Source of the DNA: Rhizobiaceae bacterium
Lineage (GTDB): Bacteria > Pseudomonadota > Alphaproteobacteria > Rhizobiales > Rhizobiaceae
Assembly (NCBI GenBank): GCA_020628035.1
Contig: JAHDFS010000003.1
Span: 2,616 to 66,615, forward strand
DNA length: 64,000 bases
Direction: 5' to 3'
Below are positions 10,154-18,920 of the stretch, one piece after another (position 1 is the stretch's first letter; every line of letters starts with the position of its first letter). A program made the translations under genes and the position numbers. The notes beneath the pieces were generated by a model. The model saw only the letters and a list, made by a program, of their open reading frames with translations, ran no database searches and was not told the DNA's origin.

Positions 10154-10939
10154 CTATCCAAGTCCGATAACTCCGCCATCAACGGCAATCGATTGACGGG
10201 TCAGCATACGCGAAGCATCTGATGCTAAAAACAAAACAATCCCGACCATGTCTTCAGACACCAGTTTTTCAGGGATTGCCTGTGTTTCAAGATGTTTAGA
10301 AACCTTCTCTTCCGTCGCCCATAGATCAAGCTGACGTTGGGTAAATACCCATCCCGGCAACACAGAATTTACGCGGATATTGTCCTTGCCAAGTGTGTCT
10401 GCAAGTGCACGTGTCAGGCCGGCAATCCCCGCCTTTGCTGTGATATAAACCGGATATTGATCACCGCCCAAATGATGCGCAATCGACGAGAAATTGATAA
10501 TCGACCCACCACCCAGTTTGGCCATGTCTTGAGCTACATGTTTTGCGGTGAAGAAATGCGGGCGTAGATTGACATTTATAAGATGGTCGAAATCACCGGT
10601 TTCGGTTTCTTCAAGTTTGTGGCGATTATCAGACGCAGCATTATTGACCAAGACCTGGATCGGACCATAGGCCTCTTTTGCTTGATCAAGCGCTGTTTCA
10701 AGCGCAGGAATATCTAAAATATCACATTGAATAAACAAAGGCCGTTCGTGGTATTTGGTTTCCATCTCATCACAAAATTCACTTGCGTCACTACGCTGAA
10801 TAAATGTGACATGTGCGCCTTGCATTAAAAAACTTTCCGTCAGCAAAGCACCGATGCCGGAACCGCCACCAGTGATAAAAACAGATTTGCCTTTCAGATC
10901 AGGAAAGATCGCGCTCGGCATTCGTGATGATTGAGACAT
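10154..10939 (-). CDS. SDR sugar dehydrogenase, D-xylose 1-dehydrogenase-like
   Basis: SAIFPDLKGKSVFITGGGSGIG, NNAASDNRH, NVNLRPHFF, YITAKAG, PGWVFTQRQ. Closely resembles the Caulobacter XylB-type pentose dehydrogenase subfamily. Substrate inferred from context. Confidence 0.75.
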   Translation of the reverse strand: MSQSSRMPSAIFPDLKGKSVFITGGGSGIGALLTESFLMQGAHVTFIQRSDASEFCDEMETKYHERPLFIQCDILDIPALETALDQAKEAYGPIQVLVNNAASDNRHKLEETETGDFDHLINVNLRPHFFTAKHVAQDMAKLGGGSIINFSSIAHHLGGDQYPVYITAKAGIAGLTRALADTLGKDNIRVNSVLPGWVFTQRQLDLWATEEKVSKHLETQAIPEKLVSEDMVGIVLFLASDASRMLTRQSIAVDGGVIGLG

Positions 10940-12576
10940 TAATCCTCCGCAGGGTACCAGTAATTTGCACTTGGGCTGTCACGTTGGATGATAACATGAT
11001 TATTGGCAAATACTTTATACGGATGGCTCCAATCTCCATTTGGCCATTGCACACGGATCGTTGCGCGTTCGGCAACACCTAATCCAAAGTGATTAAACCC
11101 AAGTTGTCCGGACGCATGACCGCCACCAATTTGCACAGTTTTATTCTGCGTTAGATTGCCGGTTTTAACCGAGATCTTCGCGCCAACCGCATCCTTGTTG
11201 ATATCGCCATTATCAAGTTCAATCTTGATCCAATTGCCCATCGGACGATGGCCCCAACTGGTTTTTGCGCCTTCATTGATGAAGAGGTTCACATTGGTTT
11301 TGCGATTGACAACGAGCATATCGAGCATGCCATCGGCATTGAAATCCTCAATCACAGCGCCTCGCCCTGCTGAATTTAGTGCAATGCCGGCCTCATCACC
11401 CTTTTCGGTGAATTTATTATCAATACCGCCGAGCAACATATTATCCGGATCATAACTTGCGAAATCCGTCATTGCTTCGACATTGCCTTTTGCGATGTAT
11501 AAATCTTTATGCGTGTCATTGTTAAAATCAATAAATTGCGAATGCCAACCAGTGGATGGTTTTAAGTCGTCGCCCGTATATGGACGATGCGCAGTTGCGC
11601 CGCTTTCATAGGCAATATCGCGATAGATCGGGCTTTCTTCATCACTTTCTTCATCCAAAGATTGGATTTTTGTATCGCCCATAGACGTGAGTGCATATTC
11701 TGGATAGCCATCACCATTGAGATCAGCTTCCGCGATGCCCATACCCCAGATTTGTAATGTTTCCCAACCGTCATTTTGCGTATAAGCGCGTGGCGTCTCA
11801 CCAGGTGTAATTTGCCAGAGTTGTTCTTGTCCGCCACGGTAATATTGACGGTCATTGGTAATGCGTAGATCTGGTTCACCAGATTTGTTCCAATCTGTAA
11901 ACAGCATGGATAAGGAGCAATAACCCGGTTCTAAAGCGAGGGGTTCTGAATAGGTGCCATCTGCATTGGGTCTAAGCAGCATATTGGGCGAGCAGGTTCC
12001 CCAAGGTGTTCCAGGCGCATCGCGATCAACATAATTGCCGATTGCCATGGTGGGTAAAGCATTATCGCCTTCCCAAATAGCGGCAAAACCCGTGCTCCAT
12101 TCACGACCGCCTTTAATGGCAAACTCTTTATTTGCTTTGGTAAAGCTGCAGTCTGGGCCACCTTTTAAAATCTGATTGGCACCCAAGCGCAATAAGACCA
12201 AATCCGTATACGCATCATTATCGATATTGATCGGATAGGCGCCAAGTACTTTTAAATTGCTTCGGCCAATATCGAGTGCCTTTTCGGCGAAAGATAAGTT
12301 GCCGCCCGCAGATGATGTATTGACGAAAAGTTTTGCTTTGCCTTTGCCGCCACTTAAGAAAAGATCAGGCATGCGATCACCATTGCAGTCAAAACTTGCT
12401 GCGCCGCCGCCGACAAAGTATTCCCACGGACCAGAATAAGTATGTGTGATCCCGGCTTGTTCAGATTGCTCAATCATATTGGGCACATCAAATGGAAATT
12501 CGCTTGATTGCGCGGCTGATAGTCCGATGGAAAAAACCAAAGTGATGGCAGAACTTATTTTAAGATTATTCTTCAT
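10939..12576 (-). CDS. secreted CRTAC1-family protein (FG-GAP/calcium-blade beta-propeller plus ASPIC/UnbV domain)
   Basis: Signal peptide. Six DxDxDG-type blades (DCNGDRMPDL, NIDNDAYTDL, DWNKSGEPDL, DLNGDGYPEY, DFNNDTHKDL, DFNADGMLDM). C-terminal GGGHASGQLGFNHFGLG...VQWPNG typical of ASPIC/UnbV. Confidence 0.85.
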   Translation of the reverse strand: MKNNLKISSAITLVFSIGLSAAQSSEFPFDVPNMIEQSEQAGITHTYSGPWEYFVGGGAASFDCNGDRMPDLFLSGGKGKAKLFVNTSSAGGNLSFAEKALDIGRSNLKVLGAYPINIDNDAYTDLVLLRLGANQILKGGPDCSFTKANKEFAIKGGREWSTGFAAIWEGDNALPTMAIGNYVDRDAPGTPWGTCSPNMLLRPNADGTYSEPLALEPGYCSLSMLFTDWNKSGEPDLRITNDRQYYRGGQEQLWQITPGETPRAYTQNDGWETLQIWGMGIAEADLNGDGYPEYALTSMGDTKIQSLDEESDEESPIYRDIAYESGATAHRPYTGDDLKPSTGWHSQFIDFNNDTHKDLYIAKGNVEAMTDFASYDPDNMLLGGIDNKFTEKGDEAGIALNSAGRGAVIEDFNADGMLDMLVVNRKTNVNLFINEGAKTSWGHRPMGNWIKIELDNGDINKDAVGAKISVKTGNLTQNKTVQIGGGHASGQLGFNHFGLGVAERATIRVQWPNGDWSHPYKVFANNHVIIQRDSPSANYWYPAED

Positions 12577-12584
12577 GCCAACAC

Positions 12585-13997
12585 CTATTTAATTTCAAGC
12601 GTGCGCAAAAACGCAATCAGTTGTTGTTGAAGCACCTCATCCAGCGCGAGATAGGCATCTCTTGATGCGCGCGCATCACCGCCATGGGCGCTTATTACTT
12701 CGGTGAGATCATACATATCATTACGGTGGCCATAGGGAGCGGTTGATGCAACACCCCAAAGTTCAGCGGTGATGAAAATATTGCGGTCCACAAAACGTTG
12801 CGACATCAATTCATTTCCAAAGGCGTCAACTTCACTATCGGTCATTGTGTGGCGTTTAAGATCACCGAATAAAGGTACCATTACTTGGCCATCATCATTG
12901 CGAGGCAGGGCTTCAGCCCATTCGAGCATGGCAAGGTCATAAGTTGCTGGTGCTTCCACCTGATAGGTTTGTAGCGTGCCGGCTACATCAAACAGACCAG
13001 GATCATCAAACTGCAATGAGTTTAAAGGTAACGCTGGCATGTGGCATTGCGCGCAGCCAATTTGATCAAATACTTGTTTGCCCTTTTCTGCGGCCGCTTG
13101 CCATTCTGCATTATCCGGCTTGGCAACAATTGGTGGGCGCAAAGTCGCTTGCCATGCGACAAGGGCGGACACATCGGCAGAGCTCAGCTCCTCTGTCATA
13201 CCATCCTCATCAAAATCACTTTCACCTGTCCATCTCGCGCCAAAACGTTCGGTCGCCTGCATGCCATGGTGATGGTTTGATGCGTTGACCGTAAATTGCC
13301 GCAAAGATGTCATCACACCTTTTTGGCTGAACGGGCGCACCACAAGGTCTGTGTCAATGCCATCAATTTCACCAAGCTGTAAAACCCCATCGGGCAGCGC
13401 TGTGATGAACCCATATGAAATGCCTTTTGAGGTGAGTTCAACGCGTGTTGGTTTCTGCTCAGAACGTGCAGTTTTCAAAGCATTGCGGCGAATGTCGTGC
13501 AAGTCAGTGGTGATCTCTCGTGCAAGCAGTTCAATCAGCCCAGCACCAAATAAATGATTGGTGCCGCGTTCATTTGAAAATTGCGGATTGATCGAATCAA
13601 AATCTGCATTGGTGAAACCTTCTGAGACGAACACATTGGTGACAAAATCACCAGCGCCGCCCAAAAGCGGTTCATTGTGACACGCACCGCAAGACGCTGC
13701 ATCTGGCCCTGAGGTTCTGGCAAAGGCAGTTTTTGATAGACGTCGTGCTTTGGTCGGTAAGATCGCAGCGGTTGCCATCGGACGGCCCGCGCCTTCTGAC
13801 TTTTTAAATTTGGCTTCGAATAATTCTTCGCCCGCTTGTACAAGCACATCTAATTCTTCGCGGCCCAAAAATCCGATCGGCATTTGTGTGATCCGGCCAA
13901 TCGCATCTGTTTTTTCTGCCCAAGGCAGTGTGTTATCTGCAAAGCTATGTGTTGCACTTAGACACACTAAGCCCACCAAAATAAGTGAAGTACGCAT
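12585..13997 (-). CDS. secreted di-haem cytochrome c oxidoreductase (DHOR/DUF1111-like, bCcP/MauG superfamily)
   Basis: Signal peptide. Two CxxCH motifs (SCGACH, GCAQCH). HLFGAGLIE, PFSQKG, GDLKRH, LWGVASTAPYGH and HGGDA...LIAFLRTL match the DHOR-type architecture. Confidence 0.82.
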   Translation of the reverse strand: MRTSLILVGLVCLSATHSFADNTLPWAEKTDAIGRITQMPIGFLGREELDVLVQAGEELFEAKFKKSEGAGRPMATAAILPTKARRLSKTAFARTSGPDAASCGACHNEPLLGGAGDFVTNVFVSEGFTNADFDSINPQFSNERGTNHLFGAGLIELLAREITTDLHDIRRNALKTARSEQKPTRVELTSKGISYGFITALPDGVLQLGEIDGIDTDLVVRPFSQKGVMTSLRQFTVNASNHHHGMQATERFGARWTGESDFDEDGMTEELSSADVSALVAWQATLRPPIVAKPDNAEWQAAAEKGKQVFDQIGCAQCHMPALPLNSLQFDDPGLFDVAGTLQTYQVEAPATYDLAMLEWAEALPRNDDGQVMVPLFGDLKRHTMTDSEVDAFGNELMSQRFVDRNIFITAELWGVASTAPYGHRNDMYDLTEVISAHGGDARASRDAYLALDEVLQQQLIAFLRTLEIK

Positions 13998-15232
13998 CAG
14001 TTAAATTTCCACTTTGTGCCGTTTTGTTCGGATATAATATTGCTATCAAGATCACTCAGACATGACTGCACATTGCCATTGAAAATGAGATGGCCCTCGT
14101 CGGTGTGAAAGCTGACCTCTGGCATTTTATTGCGCCTGACCTGCAAGGTATTTTGAATGCCCTCTAAGATCGATGTTTGCATAAGATCATAAAACAAAGT
14201 TCCATGACCGGTAATAGCAATTGGCATCGGCCCTAATAATGTGAGTAATCGGCCAAGCCCAATACCAAGCGCTTCGCCAGCTTTACGAAATGCATATTCA
14301 GATTGGTGATCACCATTGCGCGCACGAACGGCAATATTCTCAATTTCTTTGAGCGGAATAAATTTTGCGGGTACCACATCATCATCCACTTCAAATGCCG
14401 TGCGCAATATTCCGTAAAAGCCTGCGATAGATTCAATACATCCATGGGCGCCACAACGACATAAAGGCCCGTTGGGGTCATGCATCATATGTCCAAATGG
14501 CGGCGCGAACGAGCTGATTTTACCATTGGCTTCTTCCGTTGCGATACCAAGACCAATGGAGTGGCTGAGAGAAAGCGTTGCCAATTTGCGATTACTGAAC
14601 CCGCCCAGTTTTGCAGCGCGCTGTTCGGCAATTGACTGCGCAGCAAATTGCGTATCATTCGTCAGTCTGATTTGTGCTGGTAAGATTGGTCTGAGTAGAT
14701 CTTCAAAGTTCATTGTTTTATCTTCAAAGACAGGCGACCATAAAAGTTCTGGCTTGCCAGACGCCACCAATCCTTTGGTTGTGATAGAGACGGTCAATAT
14801 TTGTTCTGGCTGCAATTCGCTCCGTTCGATAAGGCGCTGGATATCGTTCTTAAGACGGTTTGAAAATGTATCAATATCCGTTTCCGCCGGAGGTCGTTTT
14901 TCCTCAAAGCGATCTTTCAATGTGCCCGCATAATCAACCAGCGAATATTGCACCATCTCTGAGGTGATCCGCACGATTGCGACAAAGGCACAATTTGGAT
15001 TTTGGCGAAATTTAACACGTGGTCGTCCACGACCCGCAGACGGGGCTTGTTCCTCACGTAGTAAGATGCCTTCTTTTTCAAGCTCGGTGGTAATCGTTGA
15101 GACGGTTGCTGAGCTTAAACTTGTCCATTGCGACAATTCCGTATGGGAGACCGAGCCGAGCCGACGCAGGGCCGATAAAATCAAGCCTCGGTTCTGCTTC
15201 CTTAAATTCTCAGTACTCGCCTTCATAAGCAT
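13997..15232 (-). CDS. xylR: ROK-family transcriptional repressor (XylR-like)
   Basis: N-terminal HTH (NRGLILSALRR...LSSATVSTITTEL...GRGRP). ROK Zn motif FGHM...CRCGAHGCIES. Divergent from xylFHG. Confidence 0.85.
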   Translation of the reverse strand: MLMKASTENLRKQNRGLILSALRRLGSVSHTELSQWTSLSSATVSTITTELEKEGILLREEQAPSAGRGRPRVKFRQNPNCAFVAIVRITSEMVQYSLVDYAGTLKDRFEEKRPPAETDIDTFSNRLKNDIQRLIERSELQPEQILTVSITTKGLVASGKPELLWSPVFEDKTMNFEDLLRPILPAQIRLTNDTQFAAQSIAEQRAAKLGGFSNRKLATLSLSHSIGLGIATEEANGKISSFAPPFGHMMHDPNGPLCRCGAHGCIESIAGFYGILRTAFEVDDDVVPAKFIPLKEIENIAVRARNGDHQSEYAFRKAGEALGIGLGRLLTLLGPMPIAITGHGTLFYDLMQTSILEGIQNTLQVRRNKMPEVSFHTDEGHLIFNGNVQSCLSDLDSNIISEQNGTKWKFN

Positions 15233-15291
15233 CGAAAGAATAACCCATTATAATCTAAAAGCTATTTAGAGCCAAAAAGAGAATTTGTCAA

Positions 15292-15312
15292 TTTTCTCGT
15301 GACTCGAAATAA
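15292..15312. promoter_or_regulatory. putative ROK operator 1 (TTTTCTCG-TGACT-CGAAATAA)
   Basis: 21-bp imperfect palindrome that shares its consensus with a second copy 55 bp away. Confidence 0.65.
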
Positions 15313-15317
15313 ATATG

Positions 15318-15347
15318 TTGACTCGCAGAAAAAAATTTGGCAAACAT
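15318..15347 (+). promoter_or_regulatory. putative sigma70 promoter for xylF (-35 TTGACT at 15318, -10 region near 15341)
   Basis: TTGACT followed 17 bp later by CAAACAT, bracketed by the two operators. Confidence 0.4.
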
Positions 15348-15367
15348 TTTTTCGACTGTCGAGAAAA
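15347..15367. promoter_or_regulatory. putative ROK operator 2 (TTTTTTCGAC-T-GTCGAGAAAA)
   Basis: 21-bp palindrome with one mismatch, upstream of xylF. Confidence 0.7.
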
Positions 15368-15452
15368 TTAATTTTCGATCGGTTCTAACGACGAAATGAG
15401 GGGCCAAGTATTTCGCGTCTCATCATACATTTATCATTTGGGAGGAATTCAA

Positions 15453-16490
15453 ATGAACAAATTCGCAACTATGTTGCTTGCCGGCGCAGCTCTATCTGTT
15501 GTTGCTTCTGGTGTCGCTGTCGCTAAAGACAAAGTAATCGGTGTTTCTTGGTCAAACTTCCAGGAAGAGCGCTGGAAAACTGACGAAGCTGCAATGAAAG
15601 CTGCTATCGAAGCAAATGGCGACAGATACATCTCAGCTGATGCGCAAGCTTCTGCTGCAAAACAATTGACAGACGTTGAGAGCTTGATCGCTCAAGGCGC
15701 AAACGCACTTATCATTCTAGCACAAGATTCAGGCGCAATTGGCCCAGCTGTTGATAGTGCTGCAAACGAAGGTATTCCGGTTGTTGGTTATGACCGTCTT
15801 ATCGAAGATGCACGTGCATTCTACCTAACATTCGACAACGTTGAAGTTGGCCGCATGCAGGCGCGCGCTGTTTTGGCTGCAAAGCCTGAAGGTCGTTATG
15901 CATTCATCAAAGGTTCTTCAGCTGATCCAAACGCTGACTTCCTATTCGGTGGTCAAATGGAAGTTCTTAAAGAAGCTATGGATGCAGGTAAAATCACCAA
16001 TGTTGGTGAAGCTTACACAGATGGTTGGAAGCCAGACAATGCTCAGAAAAACATGGAGCAAATCCTAACAGCTAACGACAATGGCGTTGATGCTGTTGTA
16101 GCATCAAATGATGGTACAGCTGGTGGTGTTGTTGCGGCTCTTGAAGCTCAAGGTCTTGCAGGTTCTGTGCCAGTATCTGGTCAGGATGGTGACCATGCTG
16201 CTCTAAACCGTGTTGCTCGCGGTACACAAACAGTGTCTGTTTGGAAAGATGCTCGAGAGCTTGGTAAGGCAGCTGGTAACATCGCTGCAATGCTTGCTGA
16301 CGGTAAAGCAATGGGCGACATTCCAGGTGCAGTCAGCTGGTCAGGTGGCGCAAATGGCGTTGAAATGACAGCTCAGTTCCTAGCGCCAATCCCAGTGACA
16401 AAAGACAACCTAAATGTTGTTATCGACGCTGGCTGGATCGCTAAAGACAAAGCTTGTGAAGGTGCAATGGCTGGCGTTTCTGGCTGTTAA
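15453..16490 (+). CDS. xylF: D-xylose ABC transporter substrate-binding protein
   Basis: Start after GGAGG. Signal peptide. IGVSWSNFQEERWKTDE, YDRLI, ASNDGTAGG, VSGQDGD, QTVSVWKD are XylF-type motifs. Confidence 0.88.
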   Translation: MNKFATMLLAGAALSVVASGVAVAKDKVIGVSWSNFQEERWKTDEAAMKAAIEANGDRYISADAQASAAKQLTDVESLIAQGANALIILAQDSGAIGPAVDSAANEGIPVVGYDRLIEDARAFYLTFDNVEVGRMQARAVLAAKPEGRYAFIKGSSADPNADFLFGGQMEVLKEAMDAGKITNVGEAYTDGWKPDNAQKNMEQILTANDNGVDAVVASNDGTAGGVVAALEAQGLAGSVPVSGQDGDHAALNRVARGTQTVSVWKDARELGKAAGNIAAMLADGKAMGDIPGAVSWSGGANGVEMTAQFLAPIPVTKDNLNVVIDAGWIAKDKACEGAMAGVSGC

Positions 16491-16508
16491 TCTTTATAAA
16501 ATCAAAAT

Positions 16509-16541
16509 ATTCACATCGCGCGATCATCGTGCGGTGTGAAT
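16509..16541 (+). terminator. stem-loop after xylF (mRNA-stabilising or attenuating hairpin)
   Basis: ATTCACATCGCGCGA-TCA-TCGTGCGGTGTGAAT (includes G-U pairs). Confidence 0.55.
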
Positions 16542-16617
16542 TCAATTTGAACTTTCCGCAACTTAGTTCGTGCAAATCGAAGCTGAGTTGTTGGCATGTT
16601 TTTCATTGGAGTTATCG

Positions 16618-17940
16618 GTGAGCAACAATAATAATATGCATCGCGCCAATAAAGTTGAAAACGAAAGCGGGTTTACGCGCTTCCTTCGTGCAACTGAATT
16701 AGACGTGCGTTTGCTTGGCATGATTGCAGCACTCATTTTAATTTGGGTGGGCTTTCATTTTTACGGACTGTTTGCAAACGGTTTCGGCGCGTTTCTAACG
16801 CCACGAAATTTGTGGAACTTATCTGTCCAAACATCGTCAATTGGCGTTATGGCATGTGGTATGGTGTTGGTCATCGTCACCCGGCATATCGATCTGTCGG
16901 TTGGTTCAATTCTTGGATTTTCTGCCATGTGTATGGCAATCCTGCAGGTCTGGATCCTGCCTGAAATATTGGGTCTGGGTCATCCACTCATTTGGATTAT
17001 CACAGCCATTGCAGGAATTTTGATCGGAACAATCATTGGCGCATTGCATGGCTATCTTATTGCCTATCTCGCAATTCCAGCCTTCATCGTCACATTGGGC
17101 GGTCTGCTGGTCTGGCGCGGAGCTGCATGGTTGCTTGCTAGTGGTGAAACAATTTCCCCAGTTGATCGCACATTTGCCAAACTTGGCGGCGGACCATTTG
17201 GTGCGATCGGTTCAACAGGCAGTTGGATCCTCGCCTTGCTCGCATGTGCGCTTGTTTTGTTTAGTTTCTGGCAAGCACGCAAAAAGCGTAAGCGGTTTAA
17301 TTTCCCATTGCGTCCGATGTGGGCAGAAACATTCTTGGGCGCTTTAGCATGCTTTGCGATTTTAGGGTTCGCCTGGATTGTAAACGCTTATCCTTGGCCA
17401 AAAGGTATCGTGCGTCGCTATGCGGCTGAAAACAATATCACAACACCGGTGGAAGAAATTTTCATTTCCCACGGTTTTGCGATCCCAGTATTGATCCTCA
17501 TTGCCGTGGGCGTTGCCATGACATTCTTAATGAGCCGTACTCGATTTGGCCGTTATGTCTTTGCCATTGGCGGCAATCCAGAAGCTGCGGAGCTTGCCGG
17601 TATTAAAACCAGATGGATCACCGTTAAGATCTTTGCACTTATGGGCGGTCTTTGCGGCCTATCAGCCATCATTGCCAGTGCGCGTCTTAACTCAGCGACC
17701 AATGCACTTGGTACATTAGATGAGCTTTACGTTATCGCGGCTGCCGTGATTGGCGGCACATCATTCGCTGGCGGTATCGGCACCATTTATGGGGCGATCT
17801 TAGGTGCCGTTGTCATGCAATCACTTCAAACAGGTATGATTTTGATCGGATTTGATACAGCCATTCAGCAAATGGTTGTTGGTGGAGTTCTCGTCTTCGC
17901 CGTCTGGATTGACACAATCTACCGCAGACGTGCGAAATAA
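16618..17940 (+). CDS. xylH: xylose/sugar ABC transporter permease
   Basis: Probable GTG start at 16618 after [46 protein letters not shown]. Confidence 0.88.
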   Translation: MSNNNNMHRANKVENESGFTRFLRATELDVRLLGMIAALILIWVGFHFYGLFANGFGAFLTPRNLWNLSVQTSSIGVMACGMVLVIVTRHIDLSVGSILGFSAMCMAILQVWILPEILGLGHPLIWIITAIAGILIGTIIGALHGYLIAYLAIPAFIVTLGGLLVWRGAAWLLASGETISPVDRTFAKLGGGPFGAIGSTGSWILALLACALVLFSFWQARKKRKRFNFPLRPMWAETFLGALACFAILGFAWIVNAYPWPKGIVRRYAAENNITTPVEEIFISHGFAIPVLILIAVGVAMTFLMSRTRFGRYVFAIGGNPEAAELAGIKTRWITVKIFALMGGLCGLSAIIASARLNSATNALGTLDELYVIAAAVIGGTSFAGGIGTIYGAILGAVVMQSLQTGMILIGFDTAIQQMVVGGVLVFAVWIDTIYRRRAK

Positions 17941-17954
17941 GAGGAGTTGGGATA

Positions 17955-18755
17955 ATGACTGATAAAAATTCAAACACATCCTCAAAAACGCCACTTGTTG
18001 AGATGAAAAATATTTCAATCGGGTTTGGAGGTATCAAAGCGGTTGATCATGCTGATGTTGATCTATTCCCGGGCGAGGTCGTTGCGATCCTTGGTCACAA
18101 CGGTGCGGGTAAATCAACGCTGATCAAAATTCTGTCTGGCGCTTACAAGCGTGACGAGGGTCAGATTTTTGTAAATGGCGAAGAAGCCGTGATCAACAAT
18201 CCGCGCGATGCTAAGAAATATGGCATTGAAACCATCTATCAGACTTTGGCGGTTGCCGATAATGTGGATGCAGCGGCAAACCTTTATCTGGGGCGTGAGA
18301 TTCTCACCAATTTCGGAACCCTAGATGACGCAGCCATGGAAGCTGAAGCACGGAAAGTGATGGGTCGATTGAACCCGAACTTCCAACGCTTTAAAGAGCC
18401 TGTCAGCAAATTATCTGGTGGTCAGCGCCAATCGGTGGCAATTGCAAGAGCGATTTTGTTCAATGCCAAAATCCTAATCATGGATGAGCCGACAGCTGCG
18501 CTGGGTCCGCAAGAAACTGAGCAAGTTGGACAATTGATCCAGCAGCTGAAAAAGGATGGCATTGGCATCTTCCTCATCAGCCATGACATTCATGATGTAT
18601 TCGATCTCGCAGATCGCGTCGCTGTCATGAAAAACGGTCAGGTTGTTGGTTATGCAAGAACCGAAGATGTGACCAAAGATGAAGTGCTTGGTATGATCAT
18701 TTTGGGCAAATGTCCTGACGGTGCAATCCCCGGTCCAGGGGCTATGCAGGAATAG
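17955..18755 (+). CDS. xylG: sugar ABC transporter ATP-binding protein (single NBD)
   Basis: [37 protein letters not shown]. Confidence 0.88.
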   Translation: MTDKNSNTSSKTPLVEMKNISIGFGGIKAVDHADVDLFPGEVVAILGHNGAGKSTLIKILSGAYKRDEGQIFVNGEEAVINNPRDAKKYGIETIYQTLAVADNVDAAANLYLGREILTNFGTLDDAAMEAEARKVMGRLNPNFQRFKEPVSKLSGGQRQSVAIARAILFNAKILIMDEPTAALGPQETEQVGQLIQQLKKDGIGIFLISHDIHDVFDLADRVAVMKNGQVVGYARTEDVTKDEVLGMIILGKCPDGAIPGPGAMQE

Positions 18756-18788
18756 ACTTCCCCCTCCCGGGATAGTTAGCTTAGACTT

Positions 18789-18830
18789 TGCAATTTGCGA
18801 CACATTATGTGTCGTAAATCGCAGAGTTTT
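18789..18830. promoter_or_regulatory. inverted repeat between xylG and the GcvT-family dehydrogenase (terminator and/or TF site)
   Basis: TGCAATTTGCGACACA-TTA-TGTGTCGTAAATCGCA followed by GAGTTTTT. Confidence 0.5.
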
Positions 18831-18920
18831 TGCGTTTTATGGGTTACAAATCTAACTAGTAATTGAAATTTGATCTGCTAGTTTGATCGGGCAATCGTTA
18901 ACTGTGTCGGGAATGTTATC

